Program-made: the position numbers and the translations under genes | The notes under the pieces: generated by a model | What the model was told of the DNA's origin: nothing | The model's database searches: none | Seen by the model: only the letters and a program-made list of their open reading frames with translations | Origin: an uncultured Gammaproteobacteria bacterium | GTDB taxonomy: Bacteria; Patescibacteriota; Microgenomatia; Daviesbacterales; UBA10151 | NCBI GenBank assembly: GCA_964459095.1 | Contig: CAYWKL010000001.1 | Span: 21,253 to 85,252 of the forward strand | Direction of reading: 5' to 3' | DNA: 64,000 bases | Shown: positions 9,402-19,151 of the stretch, piece after piece | Layout of the letters: each line of letters begins with the position of its first letter | How positions within the stretch are numbered: the stretch's first letter is position 1

Positions 9402-9935
9402 TTTCAATTGTTTAAGCAAGTCTTTAACACTGTCAATATTTATTTGGATATCTTTTTGTTGTGCACTTGGAACACTTATTTTAATTGAGTTAAGAACAAT
9501 AAGTTGTTTATCTAGGGACTCAATAATTTTTATCTTAAGTAAATCTGCTGTTTCATTATCTTCTCTGGATAGTTCTTCATATAAAGAAACAGCATTTTTT
9601 CTTCTGTTTTGAGCATTGCTCATGGTTTTCAATGCGTTACTATAACCTTTATTATTGTATAAATATTCACCTTCTATCAATCTCTTTTCAGATAAAGTTA
9701 AACTATATTCTGCTTTATTCGTTTTGCCAAACGTTATTAACTCTCTAATTGACTCTTTAAATTGTTTTAGTGGATAAAGCGGATCACCTAGCACCTTACC
9801 AGGAGTTATAGGAAAAAAGAGTTCATATGAGCTAGGAGGTGTTGCAGTTTTTTCTGCTTGGGCTTCCACCCTACCTACAATAAATATACCTGTAAACAAA
9901 AGGAGCGAAACAATGAATAAGTTAAGAATCTTCAT
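9396..9935 (-). CDS. Secreted hypothetical protein (signal peptide + coiled/low-complexity region)
   Basis: 'MKILNLFIVSLLLFTGIFIVGRVEAQAEK' looks like a signal peptide. No catalytic motifs. Confidence 0.5.
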   Translation of the reverse strand: MKILNLFIVSLLLFTGIFIVGRVEAQAEKTATPPSSYELFFPITPGKVLGDPLYPLKQFKESIRELITFGKTNKAEYSLTLSEKRLIEGEYLYNNKGYSNALKTMSNAQNRRKNAVSLYEELSREDNETADLLKIKIIESLDKQLIVLNSIKISVPSAQQKDIQINIDSVKDLLKQLKS

Positions 9936-10716
9936 CTTTAACTACAATATAGGAGATGTACATAGATGGTGTCAATAACCAATAAAAATAACTATCAAGT
10001 TTTTTTACAATCTTTAAACTCTCTCTGAGAAGTCTTTTATTTATAAGTCCTATCAATATTTCTGCAGGTAGAAATAATGTCCACACAGGGAGTCCTCTTG
10101 TAGTCAAAAGTTTAAACCCTTGCGTCCTTAGCAACTTAACTATATCCTTTTTGTAAAAACTTGTTGATTCAATTTCGGCAAAACTACTTCCTCTTAGTAA
10201 TGGTATTAAGCCTCCTAAATTTATAATGTTATACCCAATACTGTTTCTTTCTATTAATATTACTTTTCCATTCTTTTTTAGAATTTCTTTAATTTTTTTT
10301 ATAACTTTTATTTGCTCATTGAGGACTGTGATATACATCAGAGTTGTCACAATAATTATTACATCAAAACTTAGCGGTTTAAATTTAATTTCTTTTATAT
10401 CTCCAACATAAGCTTTAGCTCTTGGATTTAAAGAATTGTTGTAAATGTCAACGTAAGTTTTAGCAATGTCGATGCCGATTATATTTGCTTTTGGAAAATC
10501 TTTCAAAATTCTTTTTGATATTCTTCCAAATCCGCAGCCGAGATCTAAAATCTTTACTTTCTTTTCCTCATCAATTGCATTTTTAATAACCTCATACATC
10601 CATTCATCTAAATAGTCATTTACATACCTGGGTAAGGATTTGGGTAATACACCCTCAATTTTATCTTTATATTTTTTACTTCTTTCTTCCCAAGCACTAG
10701 TAATTTTGGCTTTCAT
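9922..10716 (-). CDS. Class I SAM-dependent methyltransferase
   Basis: Motif I 'ILDLGCGFGRISKRIL'. Also 'NIIGIDIAKTYVD' and 'VIIIVTTLMYI'. Confidence 0.7.
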   Translation of the reverse strand: MKAKITSAWEERSKKYKDKIEGVLPKSLPRYVNDYLDEWMYEVIKNAIDEEKKVKILDLGCGFGRISKRILKDFPKANIIGIDIAKTYVDIYNNSLNPRAKAYVGDIKEIKFKPLSFDVIIIVTTLMYITVLNEQIKVIKKIKEILKKNGKVILIERNSIGYNIINLGGLIPLLRGSSFAEIESTSFYKKDIVKLLRTQGFKLLTTRGLPVWTLFLPAEILIGLINKRLLRESLKIVKKLDSYFYWLLTPSMYISYIVVKDEDS

Positions 10717-11627
10717 TTTTTCAATTTTAGAGAAACTAAAACAAGAAATACACTCATCTCTGCTATTGTTAGTAAAAAACGAAATGCCAATGCGATTCCT
10801 GATGCTAGGCTAAGTGGAATCTGCGCATAGATACTTAAAAAATAAGCTAGGGAAACCTCAGTTACTCCAAGGCCTCCAGGAGCAATAATTGTTAGGTATC
10901 CAATTAACCAAGAGAAAGCATAAATTCCTGAAATAGTGAGAAGATTTAAATCTAGTTTATGAAGAAAGGCATATTGAATAAGGATAAGTCCGAGTCCATT
11001 GAGAACAAAGTTAAATACAAAAAAAGGGGAAGGGAGTAAAAGATTCCTATTATTTGGCAAGTTACCTCTTTCACCCACATCCTTTTTTGCAAGTTTCAGA
11101 AGTGTATTTAGAATTTTCCTACTTATGAATGGCATTAGTGTTAAGCTGCCTGCTATAAGAAAGAAAAACATAATAAACTTTACTTGGGATGAAGGTATAA
11201 TAAATTCAAGAGCGAATAAAGAAACAAAACAAGCAGCAAGAACAGATAAAAAAATCTCCTGAACTAAAGAAATGAGAGTTTTTTCCCTAGATATACTAAG
11301 CTCGCTTTTAGCAAGTTCTATCCTTCCTAAATATTGCCATACAGTTCCTGGTATGTACCTTGATGTAAGAGAAATTATCCATACACGTAAAGCTACAATT
11401 AGCTTAATTTTCCTGTCTCTTATTAGTAAATACCAACAGAAAGCAGCTTCTGGATAAACAAAAAGTAAAACTATAAATGAAACTGCTAAAATAGCGATGT
11501 CAAGATTTTGTAAATATCTTTCAAATTGAGCCCAATTTAACAACACATTCCTTAGAAGAAAGGAGAGTAAAAGAATAGGAATTAATACTTTAAAGATTGC
11601 CTTAAGTTTGCTTAAATCATTAAACAT
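10713..11627 (-). CDS. Flippase-like integral membrane protein (lysyl-phosphatidylglycerol-synthase TM-region family, UPF0104-like)
   Basis: Eight-helix hydrophobic profile. 'IAPGGLGVTEVSLAYFLS' (P-G-G-x-G-x-x-E) and 'RYIPGTVWQYLGR'. Confidence 0.55.
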   Translation of the reverse strand: MFNDLSKLKAIFKVLIPILLLSFLLRNVLLNWAQFERYLQNLDIAILAVSFIVLLFVYPEAAFCWYLLIRDRKIKLIVALRVWIISLTSRYIPGTVWQYLGRIELAKSELSISREKTLISLVQEIFLSVLAACFVSLFALEFIIPSSQVKFIMFFFLIAGSLTLMPFISRKILNTLLKLAKKDVGERGNLPNNRNLLLPSPFFVFNFVLNGLGLILIQYAFLHKLDLNLLTISGIYAFSWLIGYLTIIAPGGLGVTEVSLAYFLSIYAQIPLSLASGIALAFRFLLTIAEMSVFLVLVSLKLKK

Positions 11628-11681
11628 ATCAAAAACTCAACAATTGTATACTAAACTAAACCAATAGTATATTTAAGAAAA

Positions 11682-12851
11682 ATGTCACACTTTCACTCCC
11701 TTTATAGACAATTAAAAAATAAATTTCAAAAAAGCAATTTATTTAAACCCATTTCCTTTTTGTTACTTTTTTCCATCCCGAGCGTGTTAGTTACTTTTTT
11801 TTTACTTGAAATATTTGTAAGAATTTTTCTTCCAGTAAGCGATGCCCCAGATATTTACTTTGACCCAAACTTGGGAAATATATTTGTTCCAAACCAAAAA
11901 GGTGTTTTTGTCAAAGGAAAAAGTAGCGAAATCAAGGCCAAATATAATATTAATAACAAAGGCTGGAATTCCCCCTATGACTATGGGTACGAGAAACCCA
12001 CAGATACAATAAGAATTGCTGTTATTGGAGATTCCTATATCGAAGCTTTGCAAGTTGATTATGATAAATCCTATCCTTATTTACTAGAGAATTTACTGAA
12101 TAAGAATGACAATCACGGAAAGAAAGTTCAGGTTTATACTTTTGGACATTCTGGAGCAAATCTTTTCCACTACCAAAGCATCCTTACTGAAGTAGTTAAA
12201 AAATATAATCCGAACTTTGTAATTATTAACATAGTTTTAAATGACTTTGATGAAAGCTTTTACGGACTAAGCAGAAAAGATAACTGGTCCTTAATTTATG
12301 AGGATTCTAAGTTTAAAAAAGTCTTTCCAAAAGAAGTTAGTAATTTGCCTCTTAAAAAATTTCTTAGACACTCTGCAATTGTAAGATATCTGACTATAAA
12401 TCTCGATCTAGTCAATACTTCACCAATTTTCAACAAACTTTTTTATGCAGAAACAAGAAATTACAACAAAAATGAAACTCCTAAACAAATCGATAAAAAG
12501 ACTATTGCTTTATTGATTCGCTTTGTTTTAGAGAATATCAATAAAGAAAACAAACAAAATAATATAAAAACCATACTTATATTGGATACAGATAAGAAAA
12601 AAGTTTACGAAAATAATTACACCTTTAAAAATTTTTACATTTCAGAAACTAAGAATATTGCTCAACAGTTAGGGATACCTATTCTAAATCTTGAAGAAGT
12701 ATTTGAAAAGGATTGGAAAAATAATCATATGAGATTTAATTTCGAATTTGATGAGCATTGGAATGAATATGGTCATAAAACAATAGCTAATGCCCTTTTT
12801 GAGTTTTTAGACAAAAGGAATTTATATCTTAAGATTTTTGAGAGCAATTAG
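11682..12851 (+). CDS. Membrane-anchored SGNH/GDSL hydrolase-fold protein, AlgX/AlgJ-like glycan O-acyltransferase candidate
   Basis: N-terminal TM helix. Block I 'IAVIGDSYIEA'. 'VLNDF'. C-terminal 'FDEHWNEYGH' resembles the D-x-H-W signature of AlgX/AlgJ. Confidence 0.5.
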   Translation: MSHFHSLYRQLKNKFQKSNLFKPISFLLLFSIPSVLVTFFLLEIFVRIFLPVSDAPDIYFDPNLGNIFVPNQKGVFVKGKSSEIKAKYNINNKGWNSPYDYGYEKPTDTIRIAVIGDSYIEALQVDYDKSYPYLLENLLNKNDNHGKKVQVYTFGHSGANLFHYQSILTEVVKKYNPNFVIINIVLNDFDESFYGLSRKDNWSLIYEDSKFKKVFPKEVSNLPLKKFLRHSAIVRYLTINLDLVNTSPIFNKLFYAETRNYNKNETPKQIDKKTIALLIRFVLENINKENKQNNIKTILILDTDKKKVYENNYTFKNFYISETKNIAQQLGIPILNLEEVFEKDWKNNHMRFNFEFDEHWNEYGHKTIANALFEFLDKRNLYLKIFESN

Positions 12852-13937
12852 ACTTTTTGACGATGCTTTTTCCCAAGTAAACTGTCTTCCCCACTTAAGA
12901 GCTCCTTTAGACAACTGGTGATAAAGTTTTTTATTGGTTATTAATTTGTGAATTTCATTGGCTAAATCAACAGGACTTCTTTTAGTAATTATTCCACTTA
13001 TCCCATGCTTTACTGAATCTACCAAACCAGCAGATTTGTAAGCAACAACTGGAGTCCCTGCAATATTAGCTTCTATATTAACAAGTCCCCAACCTTCTCT
13101 TTTAGAGGGGTTTACTAATATATGAGCTTTTGACAATAATTCAAATTTCTTTTTTTCATCAATATGTCCTAAAAATTTAATCTTTTTTTTGAAATAAGCT
13201 TTTTCTACCTTCTTTTTTATTTTTTTCTCATACTCTTTTGTCTCCCCTTTTCCTACAACCCAAAAGGAATAATTCTTATTTTTTTTATATAGAAGTTCAA
13301 AGGTTTTAAGAACGTCTTCCATTCCTTTATCTCTTGATAATCTTCCCAAATACATTATGGTTGGGTTTTTCTCTTTCTTGTTTTTTTTGAATTTCACTAC
13401 ACTTACACCGTGATGGATTACATAAATATTACTTTTTTTGATACCAAAGGAAATTAAATCTTTTTTTGTAGAATCGGAAGCAGTAATAAAGATAGTATTT
13501 TTATATATACTAAATATAAGAGGTTCCAAAAGGTAACCTAACAATCCAACAATAAAATTTATTGGGAATTTAAAATGATTGAAGAACCATACTTCTTTTG
13601 CTACTTCCTGGATAATCGCCAATTTAGGATTTTTAACATATAAGGGTGTAAAAAAAGGGATTCCATGAAACTGATCTATTATCAAGTCAAAATTCTTTTT
13701 GTTTTTCAAGTAAAAAAATAACGCAGCAAGCTGAACACCCAAGTATTGATTCCCTTTCCTTATAATTTCTACCTGATCAATATTCTCTTTTCCCCTTGAA
13801 TTTTCAAATCTTGAAGAAAGAAGGGTTACTTTATGCCCTTTTTTTATCCACCCTTTAGAGTGTTCATGAATACTTTGTTCTGCACCTCCTGCTAAGGGGT
13901 GTTTGGGATCTCGCCAAGAAAGAATTAGAATATTCAT
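12822..13937 (-). CDS. GT4-family (GT-B) glycosyltransferase
   Basis: 'WRDPKHPLAGGAEQ' N-terminus. E-x7-E region 'EGWGLVNIEANIAGTPVVA'. Confidence 0.85.
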   Translation of the reverse strand: MNILILSWRDPKHPLAGGAEQSIHEHSKGWIKKGHKVTLLSSRFENSRGKENIDQVEIIRKGNQYLGVQLAALFFYLKNKKNFDLIIDQFHGIPFFTPLYVKNPKLAIIQEVAKEVWFFNHFKFPINFIVGLLGYLLEPLIFSIYKNTIFITASDSTKKDLISFGIKKSNIYVIHHGVSVVKFKKNKKEKNPTIMYLGRLSRDKGMEDVLKTFELLYKKNKNYSFWVVGKGETKEYEKKIKKKVEKAYFKKKIKFLGHIDEKKKFELLSKAHILVNPSKREGWGLVNIEANIAGTPVVAYKSAGLVDSVKHGISGIITKRSPVDLANEIHKLITNKKLYHQLSKGALKWGRQFTWEKASSKSLIALKNLKI

Positions 13938-13945
13938 TGCAAGAC

Positions 13946-15967
13946 CTAATTAATTACCTCCCAAATTTGCGAAATTGAATTTTCATATATTTTCACAATT
14001 TTATAATCTCCTGGAGAAAGTTTTAATCTATTTTCAAAACCTTGATTTTTACTTAAAATTATGTACTTTGCACCTAATTTATAAAGATATTCTCCTGCTT
14101 TTTTGTGATCAGTAATTCCAAAAAGCTTATTATTGTAGAGCAACTTTTTCCCAGATAGTACCCCAACATAGTCTCTTATATTTCCATAAGAAGGATTAGT
14201 ACTATCAAATGTGGCACAAACTAGACATTTTGAATCCTCAACAACTGTAACTCCTTTTTTCTTCACTTTTAAATGTAAAAGAGCGTCATATTCAGACTGA
14301 CTAATTATATATTTATGACTGAGTTTGTTTAAAACTAAGTATGTCACATAAGCACCGCTAATAACTGCAACTGTAAGTATTAACAAATAAAAAATACTAA
14401 GATGCTTTTTTGAAATAAGATAAATAGTAAAAAGAAATAATAAAACACTGGCTATTATAATAATTGGAGTTATAAGTTTGATTTTAGGTCTTATTAAGAA
14501 ATAGATTGTAGCGACAGATAGATTCCGAAGTTTAACTCCTTCTTTATCAACTGGGAAATTCTTATTAATCTGTATAGTAATGTCATCTCCAATCTTTACT
14601 TTAATATAGGGATGATTTAGAAGTTTTGATAAATCTTTTTGAGAAAAATTTTCGAAAACTATACTTTCCTTTTTTAAAATAATTTTTTTATTGTCAGATA
14701 AAGTTATTATTACACCAGCTCCGCTGTAAGATAAGTTAAAGGAATTTATATTATCAAATTTAACTACTGAACTAGGGTCATTTATCTTGTCAACAACAGA
14801 GGGTATGTTAATTAACAAATTGTCCTCTGTAACTTTATCTTTATAGAAAGGCTCCTGAAAGTTTTCTTGATATATCCTAAAATCAACTAATTCTATACTT
14901 TTGGTCTCTGGGTTAAATATAATTCCCATTCTATATTCAGGAGTTTGATACCAATAGCTCCGTACCTTGGTATTTAGAAGATCACTTCCTCCTATTAAAC
15001 TTGAGGGTGTTTCTTTAAATTTGGCTTTAAACCATTTTCCGAATTCTTCCATAGTTAGAAATTCCATTCCAGTCTTATTTGCCAAACCAACAAGTGTATC
15101 AAGCTGTGTCGAGTATGATTTAGAATAAACATCTTCTGGTAAATCCGCTTCTAGCCCAAATACAGCTTGACCAAAGAGGTTAGAGTTTTTTAAGGCATAA
15201 AGTTTAAATAGGTTTTTTAAATAGTCATTATTAAACCCCAAAGTTAAATAATCTTGACTGCTGTATTTACTTACAATTGAATCTCCATAAGCATTTAAAG
15301 GGTCCCTTGGAGCCCACTGAATTGTAACTACACCTAGCTTATTTTTCTCTGTGGCAGGAATTCCTGCATGAAACTTGCTCGGATAAAATGGATATGACCA
15401 ATATTGCCCCCAGATAGAGTAATTATCTGTTGAATACTGATCTGCCACAGAAAGGTTGGTAATTATTCCGTACTTTTTAAACATATACTCTAGCGAGAAA
15501 CTGTCTATCCACCAAGCCCCTACAGATTTTGGATAGAATCCAAATCTGCCTTTAAACTGCGCAAATAGTATATTTATCAATTTAATCCTCTCTTTTTGCT
15601 TATAACCTACTAAAAATAAAGACCGTGCTCTGTGCCAAGAATCAGAAGAATGATAATCTACACCAGCCCTTTTTGCTAAATCAGGTGTAACTTCAACAAA
15701 AATTCCTATTTCCTGTTTTTTGTCAAAATCTTTAATGAACTCAATAATTTTAGAATCTTCTAATACGTCGTAAGTTACAAGCCAAGTAGAGGGTAATCTT
15801 CTTTTTATTATTTCCTTATACTCTGCTTTAATACTTTCAAATGGAGTCTTGTTATAATTTGAAATCCTTACAGGATGGATAAGATTTATGTACTCTTGAT
15901 TTGCAAACACATTTTTTGGGAATAAAGAAAAAAAAATTACAAAAAAAAATAGGATAGTTGTTTTCAT
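13946..15967 (-). CDS. Secreted, C-terminally membrane-anchored protein carrying a conserved extracytoplasmic domain of unknown function (paralog of the N-terminal half of 44560..47982)
   Basis: Signal peptide. 'FVEVTP…SVGAWWIDSFSLEYM…DQYSTDNYSIWGQYWSYPFYP…VVTIQWAPRDP' aligns by eye with 'FLEVTP…SVGAWFIDSFSLNYM…DQYSTDNYQIWGQYFGYPYYP…VVITQWAPRDP' in the 1140-aa protein. Late TM segment 'IIIIASVLLFLFTIYLI'. Confidence 0.5.
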   Translation of the reverse strand: MKTTILFFFVIFFSLFPKNVFANQEYINLIHPVRISNYNKTPFESIKAEYKEIIKRRLPSTWLVTYDVLEDSKIIEFIKDFDKKQEIGIFVEVTPDLAKRAGVDYHSSDSWHRARSLFLVGYKQKERIKLINILFAQFKGRFGFYPKSVGAWWIDSFSLEYMFKKYGIITNLSVADQYSTDNYSIWGQYWSYPFYPSKFHAGIPATEKNKLGVVTIQWAPRDPLNAYGDSIVSKYSSQDYLTLGFNNDYLKNLFKLYALKNSNLFGQAVFGLEADLPEDVYSKSYSTQLDTLVGLANKTGMEFLTMEEFGKWFKAKFKETPSSLIGGSDLLNTKVRSYWYQTPEYRMGIIFNPETKSIELVDFRIYQENFQEPFYKDKVTEDNLLINIPSVVDKINDPSSVVKFDNINSFNLSYSGAGVIITLSDNKKIILKKESIVFENFSQKDLSKLLNHPYIKVKIGDDITIQINKNFPVDKEGVKLRNLSVATIYFLIRPKIKLITPIIIIASVLLFLFTIYLISKKHLSIFYLLILTVAVISGAYVTYLVLNKLSHKYIISQSEYDALLHLKVKKKGVTVVEDSKCLVCATFDSTNPSYGNIRDYVGVLSGKKLLYNNKLFGITDHKKAGEYLYKLGAKYIILSKNQGFENRLKLSPGDYKIVKIYENSISQIWEVIN

Positions 15968-16710
15968 CTTTTTATATGTTTCCTAGTGTAGAAATTAGTT
16001 TTTAATCTAAAATATACTCCTAAAGTATCCAAAAACATCCGAAAAATTGTTTTCCAAGAAATCCTACTGGTTTTTTTATCAAATTTAACTTCTAAAGGCG
16101 CTTCAAATATTCTCTTAAATCCCAAAGCTCTTGCAACTGCTAAAAGCTCTATATCCATTGCATATTTTTTCACAAACATTCTTGGTAGGACCTTTTTTAT
16201 CACATTTCTTTTAAATATTTTTATTCCACTTTGAGTATCAGTTAAAGGAAGTCCAAATAACGCCTTAACAAATATATGATAACCAATGCTTAAAGTTCTT
16301 CTTAGGAGTGGATAATTTACCCTTGAAACAGGATGCCTTTTTGAACCAATAATTATATCTGCATTATACCAAGTCATATGCGACATCAACATCATAATAC
16401 TAGCCGGGGAAATTTCTCTTCCTGCATCTATAAATGAAACGAGCTCTCCCCTACTTCTCATAATCCCATACCTTACCGCAAATCCCTTACCCCTATTTTG
16501 AGGGTAGTCAAAAATTCTAATCCTCTTTGATTTTAAATTTTTTACTTTTCTTTTAGTCTCTTCAGGATCACCATCGATCACACAAATAATTTCAAAATTA
16601 AAATTTTTTAGCCCTTCTAGTAAAACTTTTTCTATAGTTTGTAAATCTTTTCTTAAAGTTCTTGCCTGTTTGTAAGCGGGTACGATAACTGATAGTAATT
16701 TCTTTCTCAT
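15964..16710 (-). CDS. GT2-family glycosyltransferase
   Basis: 'LSVIVPAYKQARTL', 'ICVIDGDPEETK'. 248 aa. Confidence 0.8.
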   Translation of the reverse strand: MRKKLLSVIVPAYKQARTLRKDLQTIEKVLLEGLKNFNFEIICVIDGDPEETKRKVKNLKSKRIRIFDYPQNRGKGFAVRYGIMRSRGELVSFIDAGREISPASIMMLMSHMTWYNADIIIGSKRHPVSRVNYPLLRRTLSIGYHIFVKALFGLPLTDTQSGIKIFKRNVIKKVLPRMFVKKYAMDIELLAVARALGFKRIFEAPLEVKFDKKTSRISWKTIFRMFLDTLGVYFRLKTNFYTRKHIKR

Positions 16711-16749
16711 TGCAGAAACCTATTGTATATTTTTTTAGCTGATTATCAA

Positions 16750-18003
16750 TCACCTTCTAAGGAGGATTATTGTAAGGATTGAAAGTATTATTAGCATAAT
16801 AAATGAAACCATCAACGAAACCATTATTACTTGTATTAAACTACTATGAAAATAAACTATTAAAATTATTTGAAGTAATGCTCCTATACAAGGGATAAAA
16901 ACAGTTTTAACTTTTCCTATTGATAAATTGAAATTTATTACTACCCAAGCTAGCGACAAAACAGTAATAAATAACCCATATGGAAGCAAAATCTGTGAAC
17001 CACTTAGGTAGGCTTTTCCAAAAAGAAGGGATATTGCTAAATCCGGAAATAAAAAATATATAAAAATAATGACCGAACTAAAAAATAATGTAATACCTAG
17101 TGTTAATAAAAAAACCTTAATGAATTTTTCATTATTTGAATTTTTCATCGAAATTATCGGAAACATTACTGAAGTAACTGGGGCAACTGCAAAGAAAATT
17201 ATTTTACCAAGGGAGGATACTGATGCGTAAATCCCTGCATTGAAACTATCAAAAAAATGCTTAACAAGAAGAACATCAGATGAGTAAAATGAAGTTAAGG
17301 TTATAAATTGCAAAAAGACCGGAATTGTATAAAGAAAGATAGATTTCATCTTTATTATAGAGTTTGATTTTTGAGTTCTCCTAATGTCTTTTAAGAAGTA
17401 AAAACTAAGTCCCCATCCAGCTATTGAGGCAATTAGAATCCCTAGTAAAGCTCCAAAAACTTTAAGTCCTAACAATACTAGTGCAAACCATAAAAAAAGT
17501 TTAATTAAAGTGTCAGAAAAAATACTTCCGACAAAAAGCCCGAACCTCAACATTCCTTGTAGGATTGCGCGATAAAATGCAGCCGGGATAAAGAAAAAAA
17601 ACCCAATTGAAACCAAATACAATAAAAAAGTATTATTAATATTTAAAAAGTCTGATATATTTGATGAAAAGATAGAAATTATAAATACTAAACCAAAACT
17701 TAAATAATAGATTTTTTTATTCAATAAGCTATAAATTAAGCGAATTTCATTTTTGCTTTTTGCTGATGATACAAATTTAACTATTACAAGGCTAAGAGAT
17801 TGCGGAAATATCGCCAAAATGGTTACCAAAGATATTAGAGCTGCAAGCACTCCATAATCAGAGGGTCCTAGCACTCTGCCCATAGTCATATGATAAATAT
17901 AATTAATTGCATTTGCGCCGTTGGTCCCAAGAACCATAATTAAACTACCTGAAAAAAAAGGGTGTCCAACCACTAGTAAAAAATTTTTCCTCATGATACC
18001 CAA
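16750..18003 (-). CDS. Wzx-like (MOP-superfamily) polysaccharide biosynthesis/flippase protein
   Basis: About 12 predicted helices. N-terminal 'GANAINYIYHMTMGRVLGPSDYGVLAAL' is typical of Wzx/RfbX. Confidence 0.6.
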   Translation of the reverse strand: MGIMRKNFLLVVGHPFFSGSLIMVLGTNGANAINYIYHMTMGRVLGPSDYGVLAALISLVTILAIFPQSLSLVIVKFVSSAKSKNEIRLIYSLLNKKIYYLSFGLVFIISIFSSNISDFLNINNTFLLYLVSIGFFFFIPAAFYRAILQGMLRFGLFVGSIFSDTLIKLFLWFALVLLGLKVFGALLGILIASIAGWGLSFYFLKDIRRTQKSNSIIKMKSIFLYTIPVFLQFITLTSFYSSDVLLVKHFFDSFNAGIYASVSSLGKIIFFAVAPVTSVMFPIISMKNSNNEKFIKVFLLTLGITLFFSSVIIFIYFLFPDLAISLLFGKAYLSGSQILLPYGLFITVLSLAWVVINFNLSIGKVKTVFIPCIGALLQIILIVYFHSSLIQVIMVSLMVSFIMLIILSILTIILLRR

Positions 18004-19151
18004 TATCCTCTAAAAAAAAGCGAACTTTCTATAAAGAGCAAAACTCCTGACACAATTATATATAAGAATCTAAAAAAGATTGGCAATTTAGCCAAAATTA
18101 TTCCTAAAAAAATAAAACCAGGGAAAAGGACTAGCACATAACGCGGAAGAGAAGAAAAACTACCTTGGAATGTTGGTACAATAAATCCTAATACCAAATA
18201 TATCATGTATTGGTAATTAATTTTTTTGACAAATCCAAATATGATTAAAAAAATAAAAAGTAGTGCGCTAATAAATTCCAAAATTATAGTTTGATAGATC
18301 ATATTCCATTGATTAATATTCAGAAGTATTCTTATATATCTAAATATTATCTGCGGTATGGTAACAATTCCTTGCTGATGTTGTTCCCCAACAATAAGTT
18401 GTTGGTTATAAAAGGCAAATGGATCTTGGGCAACAATAATAAGATTAATCATATATACGATTAATCCCAGTGGAATAATAAATATCCAAAAAAATTTAAA
18501 TCTATTTTTCCCAAAAAACTTTGGAACGAACGAAAAGAAAATTAATATCCCGAAAATTCTTGTTACAGATGCAAAAAGACCAAAAATTGATGAGTATAAC
18601 CACTTATTTTTCCTTGCCAAATAAAAAGAAACCAAAGTCAAAAATAGAAATAATGATTCAGAATATACTGCGCCAAAAAAAAATGAGGTAGGATATAAGA
18701 CTAAGCTCAAAACAGCCAAAAAAGCAATTTTTCTAGAATGATCAATTCTAATTAAATCATAAAGAACTATTAACGATAGCAAAAAGAACAAATTATTAAC
18801 TAATACTCCTATAAAAATCGGATAAAAGTAACTTGTGAAATCATTTACGATGAGTGGTTGTGATAAATAGCCAATCACCTTAGGATATAGAGGGAAGAAG
18901 GCATACTGTAGGGGTTTGTAACCATTAACTGCTATTGAAATAAAATGTTCTCCATCAAAGTTTGCCCAAGAAAAAAATTCTGGTAGAAGAGAGAAGTTTT
19001 TATATGTGCCGCCTAAAAACTTGTCTGTTGAGAAAATTGTCAAATATCTACTTGAGAAAAAGAGCGCTAAAAAAGTAATTAGTTTCCAGGAAAAAAAAAT
19101 TCCTAATATTGCCCAGAAATCAGATCTTATTTTTTTAATCTCCCAAAGCAT
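17991..19151 (-). CDS. Polytopic membrane glycosyltransferase-like protein, PIG-V/DUF2029-type (GT-C superfamily)
   Basis: 'WANFDGEHFISIAVNGY' resembles the conserved D-x-E-H/Y…IA..GY loop of PIG-V/GT87-type mannosyltransferases. The longest ORF starts at 19241. The internal Met at 19151 removes a 107-nt overlap with the upstream GT4. Confidence 0.45.
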   Translation of the reverse strand: MLWEIKKIRSDFWAILGIFFSWKLITFLALFFSSRYLTIFSTDKFLGGTYKNFSLLPEFFSWANFDGEHFISIAVNGYKPLQYAFFPLYPKVIGYLSQPLIVNDFTSYFYPIFIGVLVNNLFFLLSLIVLYDLIRIDHSRKIAFLAVLSLVLYPTSFFFGAVYSESLFLFLTLVSFYLARKNKWLYSSIFGLFASVTRIFGILIFFSFVPKFFGKNRFKFFWIFIIPLGLIVYMINLIIVAQDPFAFYNQQLIVGEQHQQGIVTIPQIIFRYIRILLNINQWNMIYQTIILEFISALLFIFLIIFGFVKKINYQYMIYLVLGFIVPTFQGSFSSLPRYVLVLFPGFIFLGIILAKLPIFFRFLYIIVSGVLLFIESSLFFRGYWVS

